A stretch of 64,000 nt of DNA. Origin: Planctomycetota bacterium. GTDB taxonomy: Bacteria; Planctomycetota; UBA8108; SXIK01. Positions 47,864-58,063 of this stretch are shown one piece after another. The first letter of the stretch is position 1; every line of letters begins with the position of its first letter. The translations under genes and the position numbers were made by a program. Location: positions 4,800,001-4,864,000 of the forward strand of contig CBDCXR010000004.1 in the NCBI GenBank assembly GCA_965223845.1, given 5' to 3'. The notes under the pieces were generated by a model. That model worked only from the letters and a program-made list of their open reading frames with translations. It made no database searches and had not been told where the DNA came from.

Positions 47864-48251
47864 CTGCGTTCCCCCCTCTCCTAGGGCCGCGTCCCGATTG
47901 ACGGGAATCGAGCGGCGCTTGTTCAGTCGATGTTCGATGTCTCCGCAAAACGATCGCCGGTGTGCCGCCGCACGCGACGGCACACGCACCGCTTCGAGAC
48001 ACCCCTGTTCTACTTCGAGCCGGACCGGGAGCAAAACGCGAGCTGAGCTCGAATTCGATCGGACCAACGCGATCGCCCCGCTCGGGGCTCCATCGGAAGT
48101 CGGCCTCTTCTGCGCGGAGTTTCACCGGGAGTTCGCGCGAGATCGGATTTTCCCGAAATCGCGTTGCGAACGGAGCGACTGGGTGTCCGGAACGCGGGCC
48201 GGATGATCGCGAGCTTTCGCGCCGCCGTTTTTTTCTGGCAGCTTTTTTCTG

Positions 48252-48305
48252 GCATCCTGAGACAGCTCGTCTCAGGATGCGAACGCAAGTGAGACAGCTC
48301 GTCTC
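48252..48305. promoter_or_regulatory. Tandem palindromic operator candidate for the BlaI-family repressor
   Basis: TGAGACAGCTCGTCTC at 48258 and 48290; first copy lies inside the perfect 12-bp palindrome GCATCCTGAGAC-N5-GTCTCAGGATGC; 41 bp upstream of the blaI-like ATG. Confidence 0.75.
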
Positions 48306-48346
48306 CACCCCGCTTCTCCAAGGTCTCCAGCGAGCCGAAGAACGCG

Positions 48347-48760
48347 ATGACTCCGAAGCGCAAAGACGTCACCGACGCGGAGCTCTCGATCCTCGAAGCG
48401 CTTTGGGACGAGGGTCCGAGCACGATTCGACGGCTGACCGAGATCCTTTACCCGCGTGGAGACGAATCCGACTACGCCACCGTGAAGAAGCTGCTCGCGC
48501 GCATCGAGGCGAAGGGCTTCGTTCGGCGTGATCGCGGTCAACTCGCGCACGTCTTCGAACCGACGCTCACGCGAGACGATCTCATCGGCCAGCGCTTGAG
48601 CGCCGTCGCCGATCACCTGTGCGGTGGTTCACGAACACCGATTCTTCTTCACCTCCTCCGCAACGAGAAATTGAGCGAAGCCGAGCTCGACGAGCTCCGG
48701 CAATTCGTGGAACGCGAGAAGAAGCGCTCGGCAAGGCGCGGAAGGGGGAAGACGAAATGA
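48347..48760 (+). CDS. BlaI/MecI/CopY family transcriptional repressor
   Basis: TDAELSILEALW..GPST, YATVKKLLARIEAKGFV, LCGGS, LSEAELDELR. Confidence 0.95.
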   Translation: MTPKRKDVTDAELSILEALWDEGPSTIRRLTEILYPRGDESDYATVKKLLARIEAKGFVRRDRGQLAHVFEPTLTRDDLIGQRLSAVADHLCGGSRTPILLHLLRNEKLSEAELDELRQFVEREKKRSARRGRGKTK

Positions 48761-51519
48761 CGGCGGAGCTGCTCTCGCTGGCCCTCAGTCACTGCGTAGT
48801 CGCGGCCGCGCTCGCACTCGTCGCGGCCGCCGCGGGGCTCGTGCGTCTCCACCCACGGCTCGTCCACGCCCTTTGGCTCCTCGTTCTGATCAAGCTCGTC
48901 ACGCCGCCTCTCGCTCGCGTGGAGATCCCGACCGCAGCGCACGACGAAACGCGCTACGAACCGCGCGGTGAGGACGAAGCGGCGGTCGCCGCCCTCCGAA
49001 CGAACGAACTCCGCGATGGGCATCTTCCTGAGAGTGTCGCCATTCGCGCGACGCTCGCGCCCGAAGAAGACAGCTGGGGTGGCGACGACAACGTCCCGTG
49101 GTCGGAGCTCGACGATCGGAGCCTCAGGGCGACCGAATCCGAGTTTTCGTTCGGGGAGCTGACTGCGATGCCCGAAAGGTCGGTCGACGATTCCGTCGGC
49201 GCCCCGGTTTTCGACATTTCGCGCGCCCACGCTCGGCGCGAACGGGCGAGTCGGATCGTAGAAAGCGGGGCGAACGAGTTTCTCGGCGAACCACCGCCCA
49301 GCTCTTCGGCGACAAACTCCGACCTCGCCGAGGCGTCTCTCGCGAATGCGTGGACGAATGCAGCAACCGAGCTCCGAGCGGCGTTCGCGTACGCCGCCCC
49401 GGTCGCCGCGTGGGTCTGGCTCGCAGGGATCCTCGGACTAGCTGCTCTCGACATCCGGCGCATCTCGCGGTTTCACCGGCTCGCCGCGATGGCCGAGCGA
49501 GCCTCCGACTCGGTTCAAGACACGGCCGCGCAGCTCGGCCGCCGGATGGGGGTCAGCCGCATTCCGGAGATCGCGCTTCTCCCGGGCATCGCGACGCCGA
49601 TGCTCTGGCCGATCGGAAGACGCGCGCGCGTCCTCGTACCGCGAGAACTCGTCGCGTCGCTCGAACTGCGAGAGCTCGAATCGATTCTCTGTCACGAACT
49701 CGCCCATCTGCGTCGTCGCGACCATTGGGTACGCGCGCTCGAGACGATCGTCGGATGGATCTACTGGTGGAACCCCGTGGTTCCGTGGGCGCGACGCGAG
49801 CTGCGCGAACGGGAGGAGCAGCTTTGCGATGCGCTGGTACTCGAGACCGAAGGCGTGCGAGCCGGCACGTACGCCGACGCTCTGCTCCGTACGGCAAGCT
49901 TTCTCTCCCGATCTCGCCCCGCGCTCCCTCCCACTGCGAGCGGGATCGGCCAAGCTCACTCTCTCCGAAGGAGACTGACGATGATCTTAGGAACGAAGGA
50001 TTCACGCCCGGCGGCTCCACGTTTTTCGGCGTGGCTCGTCCTCGCGATCGGTGGTTTGCTGCTGCCCTTGACACCGTCGTGGTCGGTGACCGTGGGCCAA
50101 GAGGCGGAATCCACCTTCGAAGAAGCGGAACAAGAGGAGACAGCGGCAACCGAAGCCGAGGCTGAAGCCACAATCCTCGAGGAGGCGGCAGCCGCCGCGG
50201 CGGATGCCGAGGCCGTCGCGGCAGCGGTTGCCGCGGACGCCGAAGCCGAGGCCGCGGAACGCACGGCGAGAGCCGAAGCCGCGGACGCCGCTGCGGCCGC
50301 GGACGAAGCCGAAACCGTCGCGGCGGCTCGACGGGACTCGTTCGGACTCGTTTTTGCAGACGAAGCCGCTGCGGACGTCTTCGGAACGATGCTCGACGAG
50401 ACGAAAGCCAAGAAGAAGCGATCGTCGACCGAGGAAGACCGGGCGAAGGGCGGCGCGGCGTCCAGGTCGAAGCGTAAGCGCGCTAGCTCCACTCGGCATG
50501 ATCACGATGCCGAGGAGCCGGAGGGTCACCGCGACCACGAGGACCGCGACGAGGGTCACAGTCGCGTCGATGAAGTGTACCGCCGGATCGGGCAGCTCAT
50601 GGTGGTCGGAAAACTCGACGAAGCGCGTCGGCTGGCGCAGAAGGTCGCCGAGCAGACCGCCGCTCGCTCGCAGAAACGACATCGAGAGGGCTACTCGGGC
50701 GAGTCCAATGTCCTCCGTTGGCGTCAGCGATTCGAAGACGAATTGGCGCGAGCGACGGAGCGCGTGGAATCGTTCGTCGAGCAGACGAGACACGAACTCG
50801 AACGCGAGTTCCGGCGGGCCCCCGAGCACCATCCGGGGCTTTTCGAAGCTCTACGCGAGACGGATCTCGATCAGCTCATCAAACGTCGATTGAGGAACGC
50901 GCCGAGCTACGTGCGCGATGTCATGCGGGAAATCGATCTCCAGGAGATCGTCAAGGATGCGCTGAAGCAATTCCCCCGGGCGAAGAACTTTAGCGCCCAG
51001 GAGCTCCGCCAGGCGCGGCGCGAGCTCCCCGAAAAGATCGCCGAAGCGACGGACGAAATGCGGGCGCGAATCGAAGCCAAGGTGCGCGACGCGGCGAACG
51101 AGCTCCGTCGCCTCGCCGAAAAAGCCCCGAAGGACGTGCGCGATTCCGACGAGCTGCGCGACTTCTTCCGTCGCGCCGTGGAGAATCCCGACGCCATCCT
51201 CGCGATCGCAGCCAAGAAATTGCGCGGGCCGAGTACCGAAGCTCCGGCGGGAGGACCCGCGAAGGCGAAGCGAAAGTCGGAGTACTCGACCGGATCACCC
51301 TATGAGTCCACGCAGGAAGAGCGGCGCCGCTTCCCGGCGGAATCGTACTACGGCTCCGGCCGGCCCGACGATCCACTGCGGCAGCTCGAGCGTCGATTGG
51401 ACGGACTCGAGCGGCAGCTCGGCGACGTGCTCAAGGAAATGATGGCCCTCCGGAAGCTCCGAAACGAGCTCGAACAGAAACGTACTGCGCGTCCCCGAGG
51501 GGCGAGCAACCACCGCTGA
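48757..51519 (+). CDS. BlaR1-like M56 metallopeptidase with novel C-terminal region
   Basis: ATGA overlap with blaI; LWLLVLIKLVTPP, HELAHLRRRDHW (HExxH), WWNP, EQLCD, Y..ALL, LRRRLTMI; C-terminal Ala/Glu-rich and coiled-coil region. Confidence 0.93.
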   Translation: MTAELLSLALSHCVVAAALALVAAAAGLVRLHPRLVHALWLLVLIKLVTPPLARVEIPTAAHDETRYEPRGEDEAAVAALRTNELRDGHLPESVAIRATLAPEEDSWGGDDNVPWSELDDRSLRATESEFSFGELTAMPERSVDDSVGAPVFDISRAHARRERASRIVESGANEFLGEPPPSSSATNSDLAEASLANAWTNAATELRAAFAYAAPVAAWVWLAGILGLAALDIRRISRFHRLAAMAERASDSVQDTAAQLGRRMGVSRIPEIALLPGIATPMLWPIGRRARVLVPRELVASLELRELESILCHELAHLRRRDHWVRALETIVGWIYWWNPVVPWARRELREREEQLCDALVLETEGVRAGTYADALLRTASFLSRSRPALPPTASGIGQAHSLRRRLTMILGTKDSRPAAPRFSAWLVLAIGGLLLPLTPSWSVTVGQEAESTFEEAEQEETAATEAEAEATILEEAAAAAADAEAVAAAVAADAEAEAAERTARAEAADAAAAADEAETVAAARRDSFGLVFADEAAADVFGTMLDETKAKKKRSSTEEDRAKGGAASRSKRKRASSTRHDHDAEEPEGHRDHEDRDEGHSRVDEVYRRIGQLMVVGKLDEARRLAQKVAEQTAARSQKRHREGYSGESNVLRWRQRFEDELARATERVESFVEQTRHELEREFRRAPEHHPGLFEALRETDLDQLIKRRLRNAPSYVRDVMREIDLQEIVKDALKQFPRAKNFSAQELRQARRELPEKIAEATDEMRARIEAKVRDAANELRRLAEKAPKDVRDSDELRDFFRRAVENPDAILAIAAKKLRGPSTEAPAGGPAKAKRKSEYSTGSPYESTQEERRRFPAESYYGSGRPDDPLRQLERRLDGLERQLGDVLKEMMALRKLRNELEQKRTARPRGASNHR

Positions 51520-51668
51520 ATCGCAGAACTCTGACCCCGGCGGTGCGAACGACACACGGAGAACGCTTGTTTCGCCGCTCGCAGTCTCCGATCGTCCGCA
51601 CGCGGCCGGGGTCGGTTCGTCGTAGGCTCCGCCCAAGGGGCGACTTCACGCCGACGCGAGACGTCAGC

Positions 51669-53186
51669 TCACTCAGGGGGAGCCATCTCCCGCTTCGACG
51701 GCCTCGGCCGGACGCGATTCGGCAGCGGCGCGCCCGTCTCGCGGTCGAACTCGTCCGGCGTACGGAATTTCGGCGTTCGGTCGCTCGTTTCGTCGCGCCA
51801 TTCCGCGAGGGCGGTGCGCAGCTCGTCGAGCTTTGCGCGATAGCGCGGATCACCCGCGAGGTTGTTCAGCTCGTAGGGGTCCTCGACGCAGTCGTAGAGC
51901 TCCTCTTCGGGCCTCGGAGCGACGAAGCAAGCGCGCTGCGGTTCCGTGAGCGCCCCTTCGGCGCGAAGAGCCCGAAGTGCCGTGTACGTCGGACTCCGCA
52001 CGGCGTCCGCGCCCGGAGTCCCCGGCAAATCGGGATAGAAATTGCGAATGTACTTGAAGCGTTCGTCTCGTACCGCGCGACCGAAATCCTCGTAGTCGTG
52101 CCAGTGATCCTCGGCGAACGCGTAGCGACGAACTGAACGCCCCGATTCGCGCAGGAGCGGGAGAAAGCTCTTACCGCGAAAACGATGCTCCGGGGGCGCA
52201 CTCGCGAGCTCGAGCAGCGTCGGTGCGATGTCGATCGCGCTCACGAGCCGACGACAGATCGAACCCGCCGCGACGTGCCTCGGCCAGCGAATGATCCACG
52301 GTGTTTTGATCCCGCCGTCGTAGAGCGTCGTCTTGTCGCGGGGAAACGGTCGCCCGTTGTCGCTGAGGAAGAGGACGAGCGTGCTCTCGGCGACACCTTG
52401 CTCTTCGAGCTCGTCGAGCACGCGCCCGATGTTCGTGTCGAGACGTGTGATCTCGTCGTAGTACTGGCCGAGATCTTCACGCACGGCAGCGACGTCGGGA
52501 AAGTAAGGCGGCACGACGACTTCGGATTTACGGTGCGGATCCGGGATCGTGCCGGACGAATAGTCGCGGTGAGGATCCAACGCCGCGAGCCAGAGAAAAA
52601 AAGGACGGCCTCGCGGTCGGTCGCGCAGCGTCCTGATCCAGTCTCCCGCTCCACTCGGATCGCCGCTCGCGCTCATCTCGGCACGGGCAGCGTCCGCCCC
52701 CGTCGGCAAGCTGAAGCCACGTGGATCGGCCTCGCGGACGAGATCGAAGCGATCCTTCACCGCGTCTCCGAGATGCCACTTGCCGGCGGCAGCCGTCCAA
52801 TAGCCGACGGCTCGCAATCGTTCGACGAAGGTCACGCGATCGGCAGGAAGCGGCCAGTGGAGCTGCTCGGCATCGGTTTCGTGCGGGTAGAGTCCAGTGA
52901 CGATGCTCGCGCGACTCGGACTGCACGAGCTCGCGGTGAGGATCGCGTTCGTAAATCGCATCCCCGCGCGCGCGAGGCGGTCGAGCTGTGGCGTCTGAAT
53001 GTGCGGATGGCCGTAGACGCTCGTGTCATCCCAACTGAGATCATCGGCGATGATCACCACGATGTTGGGCGGCGAAGCGTCGAGGGGCGAAGCGTCCGGC
53101 CGAGGCGCGGCGCACGCCCCGAGAGTCAGCGGAGCAGCGATCCAAACGAGGACGCGCACTCGATTCGCATCGTTTCGGAAACGCAT
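51669..53186 (-). CDS. Formylglycine-dependent sulfatase (Cys-type), probable lipoprotein
   Basis: PNIVVIIADDL, CSPSRASIVTG, GKWHLG, SDNG, EELYD..DPYELNNLA; lipobox LGAC. Confidence 0.95.
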   Translation of the reverse strand: MRFRNDANRVRVLVWIAAPLTLGACAAPRPDASPLDASPPNIVVIIADDLSWDDTSVYGHPHIQTPQLDRLARAGMRFTNAILTASSCSPSRASIVTGLYPHETDAEQLHWPLPADRVTFVERLRAVGYWTAAAGKWHLGDAVKDRFDLVREADPRGFSLPTGADAARAEMSASGDPSGAGDWIRTLRDRPRGRPFFLWLAALDPHRDYSSGTIPDPHRKSEVVVPPYFPDVAAVREDLGQYYDEITRLDTNIGRVLDELEEQGVAESTLVLFLSDNGRPFPRDKTTLYDGGIKTPWIIRWPRHVAAGSICRRLVSAIDIAPTLLELASAPPEHRFRGKSFLPLLRESGRSVRRYAFAEDHWHDYEDFGRAVRDERFKYIRNFYPDLPGTPGADAVRSPTYTALRALRAEGALTEPQRACFVAPRPEEELYDCVEDPYELNNLAGDPRYRAKLDELRTALAEWRDETSDRTPKFRTPDEFDRETGAPLPNRVRPRPSKREMAPPE

Positions 53187-53403
53187 GGCGACTCTCCTCT
53201 GGCCCTCACCTGAGCGGCTCCTCGCCCTGAAGTGCCGCTCGCCGGCCATCCTTCATACCAGGTCCACAGCCGAGCGTGGAGTCGCGATCGGAGCGTTCCG
53301 CCGGAGCGCCGCCTTCGCGGAACAAGAGAATTGAGTCCCTCCGGAGTCCCGATCTATCCTGAAGCTTAGTTGGAAGGCTCGATTCTCCGGCGGTTTCCAT
53401 CTT

Positions 53404-56400
53404 GTGACGTCCCTTCGCGCGCGAGTCGTGGTTTCGATCATCGTCGCTGGCAGCACCCTCGCGGTCGCGATCGCCGCCGACGATACGGACTCCCGGCCAG
53501 TAGATGCAGACGACATCGCGTTCTTCGAGAATCGCGTGCGCCCGATCCTCGTCGACGCATGCTTCGAGTGCCACGGCCCAACGAAGCAGGAGTCGGGACT
53601 GCGCTTCGATCGCCGAGAAGCGTTCTTCCGCGGTGGTCAGAGCGGCCCACCGGTTTCCGCCGGAGACCCCGACGCGAGCCTTCTCATCCGCGCGGTCCGC
53701 CGCCAGGGCGATCTCCGGATGCCGCCCCCCGAACGCTTGAGCGGCGAGGCGGTGCGCGCTCTCGAGGAGTGGGTTCGCCGCGGTGCACCGTGGCCCGCTC
53801 CCACGGAGGCACCGCGCGAGGAGCGCGCGGCGTCGGAGCTTTGGTCCCTCCGCCCGATCGTCGAGACGGACGTTCCCGAAGTCGGCGACCCGCGTTGGTC
53901 CGCAACGGAGATCGACCGCTTCGTGTACGCGCGTCTCCAGTCGGCGGGAATCGCCCCCGTCGGGCTGGCCGACAGAAGAACGCTGCTTCGACGCGTAACG
54001 TACGATCTCACGGGTCTCCCGCCCACACCATCCGACCTCGAAGCGTTCATCGCCGACGAGTCTCCGTTCGCGTTCGAACGCGTCGTCGATCGACTTCTCG
54101 CGACGAACGCCTACGCCGAGAAGTGGGGCCGGCACTGGCTCGACGTCGTCCGCTACGCCGACACCGCAGGCGAGACGGCCGACTATCCCGTGCGCGAAGC
54201 CTACAAGTACCGCAACTACGTCATCGAGAGCTTCGCGAGCGACAAGCCGTACGATCGGTTCGTTCGCGAGCAAATCGCGGGGGATCTTCTCGCGAAAAGC
54301 TCACCGCGCGCACGCTACGAGGAGCTCGTCACCGCGACGGGATTCGTCGCGATCTCGCGCCGCTTCGGTTTCGACATCCAGAACTACCACCACCTCACGA
54401 TCCAAGACACGATCGACACCCTCGGCCAGGCGGTTCTCGGGCTCACTCTCGGTTGCGCGCGATGTCACGACCACAAGTACGACCCCGTTTCTGCGGAGGA
54501 CTACTACGCGCTCTACGGAATCTTCTCGAGCACGAAGTACTCGTTTCCCGGATCCGAGGAGAAGCAGCGGCCCGCGGGCTTCGTCCCGGACGTCCCTCCG
54601 GCCGAGATCACGACGCGCGAAAGGGTGCACGCAGAGCGCATAGCTCAGCTCGAGGCCGAGCTCGCGCGTCTCGAAGGGGCGGGAATCGAATCCGCGGATG
54701 CCCTCGTGAAGAGCGGCGTTCCGGATCGGCTCGCCGAGGCTGGTCAGCTCGAGCGCGTCGCGCGATCGCCGGCGCTCGCGGCCATCTGGCCGAGACTTCT
54801 CCGCGACCGTGTCGATCGGGAACAGCAGCTCGACGGCGTCGCGGTGTGGCGCCGGGGCGCGCTTCCGTCCGTCGTCGTCAACTCGAGTGACGCGACCGTC
54901 AAGATCCCCGGGACGGTTCCGGCGAGTCGCGTCGCCGTACACCCCGCGGACGACGCCGGTGCCGGGATCGCTTGGTGGAGTCCGCTCTCGGGCCGGGTAC
55001 AGATCGACGGATCGGTGGCGGACGCCCACAACTGCGGCGACGGTGTCGAATGGCGGCTCGATCTCGTTCGCGAAGACGAGACGACCGAACTCGCAGCGGG
55101 CGCGGTGAATCCGAGCGAACGACAACCCTTCGCAGCGGGGGCGAGCGGCGTCCTCACGATCGACGTCCGCGAGGGCGATCTCCTCCAGCTCGCGATCCAG
55201 AAGAAGGGGGGAATCGGGTGCGACCTCACGTTGGTCGAACTCGCGGTGCGCGAGGCGGGCGGACGCGCCCGAGTCTGGGACCTCGCCGGCGATTTTCTCG
55301 ACGAACCGCTCCGAGCGAATCCGCGCGACGACCGCTACGGCAATGTTGCGGTTTGGAACCTTTTCGCCGCGGATCCGAGCGCCGGAGAAGATCGCCCGGT
55401 CGCCTCGGGCGACGACGTGCTCTTCCTCCTCGCCATCGCCGCAGAAGATACCGGTCTCGTGAAGAGCCGCATGGCGGAGCTCGGGAAGGTGCGCGCAAAG
55501 CTCGACGCACTCAAGAAGGCGGGGCCGTACGAGCTCGTCTACGGTGTCGTCGATGGTGAACCGCACGACGCTCAGTTTCAAAAGCGCGGCGAGAAGGACC
55601 GGCTCGGCCCTCGCGTCCCGCGCCGTTTCTTGGGCGCGCTCGGTGGCACCCCGCTATCGCCTGAAGCTCGAAAGACGAGCGGCCGCGCCGAGCTCGCCGA
55701 GTGGCTCGTCGGCCGCGAGAACCCTCTCACCGCACGCGTGATCGTGAACCGAGTGTGGCAACACCACTTCGGCGACGGGCTGGTGCGAACCGAGAACGAC
55801 TTCGGATTCCGCGGCGCGCGTCCGACCCACCCCGAGCTCCTCGACCACCTCGCGCTCCGGTTCGTCGAGGATGGCTGGTCGATCAAAGCACTCCACCGGA
55901 GAGTCTTGCGCTCGCAGGTGTACCGGCTCGCGAGTACGTACGACGCCGAGAGGGCACGCATGGACCCAGCGAACGAGCTTCTCTGGCGCATGCCGCGCCG
56001 TCGCCTGTCGGCGGAAGAGATCCGCGATACGATGCTCCAGCTCGCAGGAAACCTCGATCGCTCGGTCGGAGGCGCGCACCCGTTTCCCGACGTGAGCACG
56101 TGGGGATTCACGCAGCACAATCCGTTTCGAGCCGCCTACGCAACGACGCGACGGAGCGTCTACCTCATGACGCAGCGCATTCGTCGCCATCCCTTCCTCG
56201 CGCTCTTCGATGGACCCGATCCGAACGCGAGCACGCCGGATCGCGATGCCACGACCGTGCCGACTCAGTCGCTCTTTTTCATGAACAGCCCGTTCGTTCA
56301 CGAGCAGTCGCGCGCGTTCGCGCGGCGACTCATCAACACCGCAACCGCAACCGAAGCTCGGATCAGCTACGCGTTTCTACTGGCGCTCGGACGGGAGCCC

Positions 56401-56547
56401 GAGGACGATGAACGCGCGGAAACGGAGGCGTTTTTGCGCGACTACACCGCCGCCGTAAGCGCCACCGCCGCCGAGCGGGAAGAGCTCGTGTGGGCCGCCG
56501 TCGCGCGCACGCTTCTCGCTCGAAACGACTTTCTCTTCGTCGACTAA
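53404..56547 (+). CDS. Planctomycete cytochrome c + DUF1549/DUF1553 (PSD1) protein
   Basis: FFENRVRPIL..CFECHG, WGRHWLDVVRYADT, CARCHDHKYDP, NPLTARVIVNRVWQHHFG, PTHPELLDHLA. Confidence 0.95.
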   Translation: MTSLRARVVVSIIVAGSTLAVAIAADDTDSRPVDADDIAFFENRVRPILVDACFECHGPTKQESGLRFDRREAFFRGGQSGPPVSAGDPDASLLIRAVRRQGDLRMPPPERLSGEAVRALEEWVRRGAPWPAPTEAPREERAASELWSLRPIVETDVPEVGDPRWSATEIDRFVYARLQSAGIAPVGLADRRTLLRRVTYDLTGLPPTPSDLEAFIADESPFAFERVVDRLLATNAYAEKWGRHWLDVVRYADTAGETADYPVREAYKYRNYVIESFASDKPYDRFVREQIAGDLLAKSSPRARYEELVTATGFVAISRRFGFDIQNYHHLTIQDTIDTLGQAVLGLTLGCARCHDHKYDPVSAEDYYALYGIFSSTKYSFPGSEEKQRPAGFVPDVPPAEITTRERVHAERIAQLEAELARLEGAGIESADALVKSGVPDRLAEAGQLERVARSPALAAIWPRLLRDRVDREQQLDGVAVWRRGALPSVVVNSSDATVKIPGTVPASRVAVHPADDAGAGIAWWSPLSGRVQIDGSVADAHNCGDGVEWRLDLVREDETTELAAGAVNPSERQPFAAGASGVLTIDVREGDLLQLAIQKKGGIGCDLTLVELAVREAGGRARVWDLAGDFLDEPLRANPRDDRYGNVAVWNLFAADPSAGEDRPVASGDDVLFLLAIAAEDTGLVKSRMAELGKVRAKLDALKKAGPYELVYGVVDGEPHDAQFQKRGEKDRLGPRVPRRFLGALGGTPLSPEARKTSGRAELAEWLVGRENPLTARVIVNRVWQHHFGDGLVRTENDFGFRGARPTHPELLDHLALRFVEDGWSIKALHRRVLRSQVYRLASTYDAERARMDPANELLWRMPRRRLSAEEIRDTMLQLAGNLDRSVGGAHPFPDVSTWGFTQHNPFRAAYATTRRSVYLMTQRIRRHPFLALFDGPDPNASTPDRDATTVPTQSLFFMNSPFVHEQSRAFARRLINTATATEARISYAFLLALGREPEDDERAETEAFLRDYTAAVSATAAEREELVWAAVARTLLARNDFLFVD

Positions 56548-56557
56548 ACGATTCCTC

Positions 56558-57979
56558 ATGGCCGAACTCTCATCGACTTCGAGTCACTTCCCGACTCGCC
56601 GCGAAGTCCTCAACACGGCCGCGGGCGGGCTCGGCGGCATCGCTCTCGCGGGCCTCCTCGAGGACGCCGCGCTCGGCCAGCGACCGGCGCTCGATCCACT
56701 TGCGCCGAAGCTTCCGCTCGTGCGCCCGAAAGCGAAGCGGGTGATCTTCCTCTACATGACGGGCGGAGTCTCACAGGTCGAGTCCTTCGATCCGAAGCCG
56801 AAACTCTTCCGGGACGACCGGAAATCGATCCGAATCGACAACTGGCAGGGAAAGAAGGGCGACTACAACTTCTTTCTGCGGCGTCCCAACTGGGGCTTCG
56901 CTCGCGGAGGCGAGAGCGGGATCGAAGTCAACGACCTCTTTCCGCACGTGCGCCAAGTTGTCGACGACATCTGCGTGATCCGCTCGATGGAGTCGAACCA
57001 CACGAACCACTACGAGGGGACACTCGGGATGCACACGGGCTCGTGGACGTTCGCACGCCCGAGCATCGGCGCATGGGTGAGCTACGGCCTCGGCACCGAA
57101 AACGAAAATCTCCCGTCGTTCATGGTCATCGCACCGAAGTCGCCGTACGCGGGCGCGCAGACTTGGGGTTCCGACTTTCTTCCCGGCTGCCACCAGGGAA
57201 CGCGCATCGTCCCCGGCCCTGCGCCGATCGCCGACGTGCGCCCGCGAGTCTCGAGCTCCGAGCTGCAGGAGCTCGAGCTCCGGCTCATCGCGCGATCGAA
57301 TCGCCGGCATCTCGCCCGGCGCGGCGTCGACGACGCGCTCGAGGCGCGCATCCGCTCGTTCGAAACGGCGTTCGGGATGCAGCGCGAAGCGCCGGAGGTG
57401 TTCGATCTCGGCGGGGAAACCGACGCGACCCACGCGCTCTACGGACTCGAGCGCGGGAGCACAGCTGGGTTTGCGTGGCAGTGTCTCGTCGCCCGCCGCC
57501 TCGCTGAGCGCGGCGTCCGGTTCATCGAGCTCATCGATACTGGCTCGGCCGGGAACTGGGACTCGCACGGAAACATGCGGGATCACGTCGCCCTCGCGAA
57601 AAACGTCGATCGTCCGATCGCGGGCCTCCTCACCGACCTCAAGCAGCGCGGGCTGCTCGACGAGACGCTCGTCGTGTGGACGACGGAGTTCGGCCGCACG
57701 CCGTACCACGCGGATCAGAATCACCCAGGGCGGGAGCATCACCACCAGGCGTTTTCATCGTGGATGGCGGGGGGTGGAGTCCGCGGCGGCATGGTCTTCG
57801 GCGAGACGGACGACTACGGAATCGAGGTCGTCCGCGATCGCTGCCACGTGCACGACTTTCACGCGACCATCCTCCACCTCCTCGGACTCGATCACGAGCG
57901 GCTCACGTTTCGACACGCGGGGCGTGACTATCGACTCACCGACGTGCACGGGCGCGTGATTCACGAGATTCTGGGGTGA
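56558..57979 (+). CDS. DUF1501 domain protein
   Basis: TRREVL; IFLYMTGGVSQVESFDPKP, YGLGTENENLP, ARRLAERGVRF, WDSH, EFGRTP, DFHATILHLLG. Confidence 0.95.
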   Translation: MAELSSTSSHFPTRREVLNTAAGGLGGIALAGLLEDAALGQRPALDPLAPKLPLVRPKAKRVIFLYMTGGVSQVESFDPKPKLFRDDRKSIRIDNWQGKKGDYNFFLRRPNWGFARGGESGIEVNDLFPHVRQVVDDICVIRSMESNHTNHYEGTLGMHTGSWTFARPSIGAWVSYGLGTENENLPSFMVIAPKSPYAGAQTWGSDFLPGCHQGTRIVPGPAPIADVRPRVSSSELQELELRLIARSNRRHLARRGVDDALEARIRSFETAFGMQREAPEVFDLGGETDATHALYGLERGSTAGFAWQCLVARRLAERGVRFIELIDTGSAGNWDSHGNMRDHVALAKNVDRPIAGLLTDLKQRGLLDETLVVWTTEFGRTPYHADQNHPGREHHHQAFSSWMAGGGVRGGMVFGETDDYGIEVVRDRCHVHDFHATILHLLGLDHERLTFRHAGRDYRLTDVHGRVIHEILG

Positions 57980-58063
57980 CGCGGATTCGCGGCACGGTCA
58001 CGGTCCACCTCAAACGCGTTGGATCCGTGAATCGAAGCGTCGGATCGGGTTTCGCGAACCTCT

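Noticed and set aside
45209-47884. 891-aa ORF on + strand
   Set aside because: Antisense shadow of the repeat protein gene; no motifs; long stop-free antisense frames are expected in high-GC coding DNA
50100-50330. GCC/GAG-rich quasi-repeats as a possible DNA repeat element
   Set aside because: Explained by Ala/Glu low-complexity coding within the BlaR1-like gene
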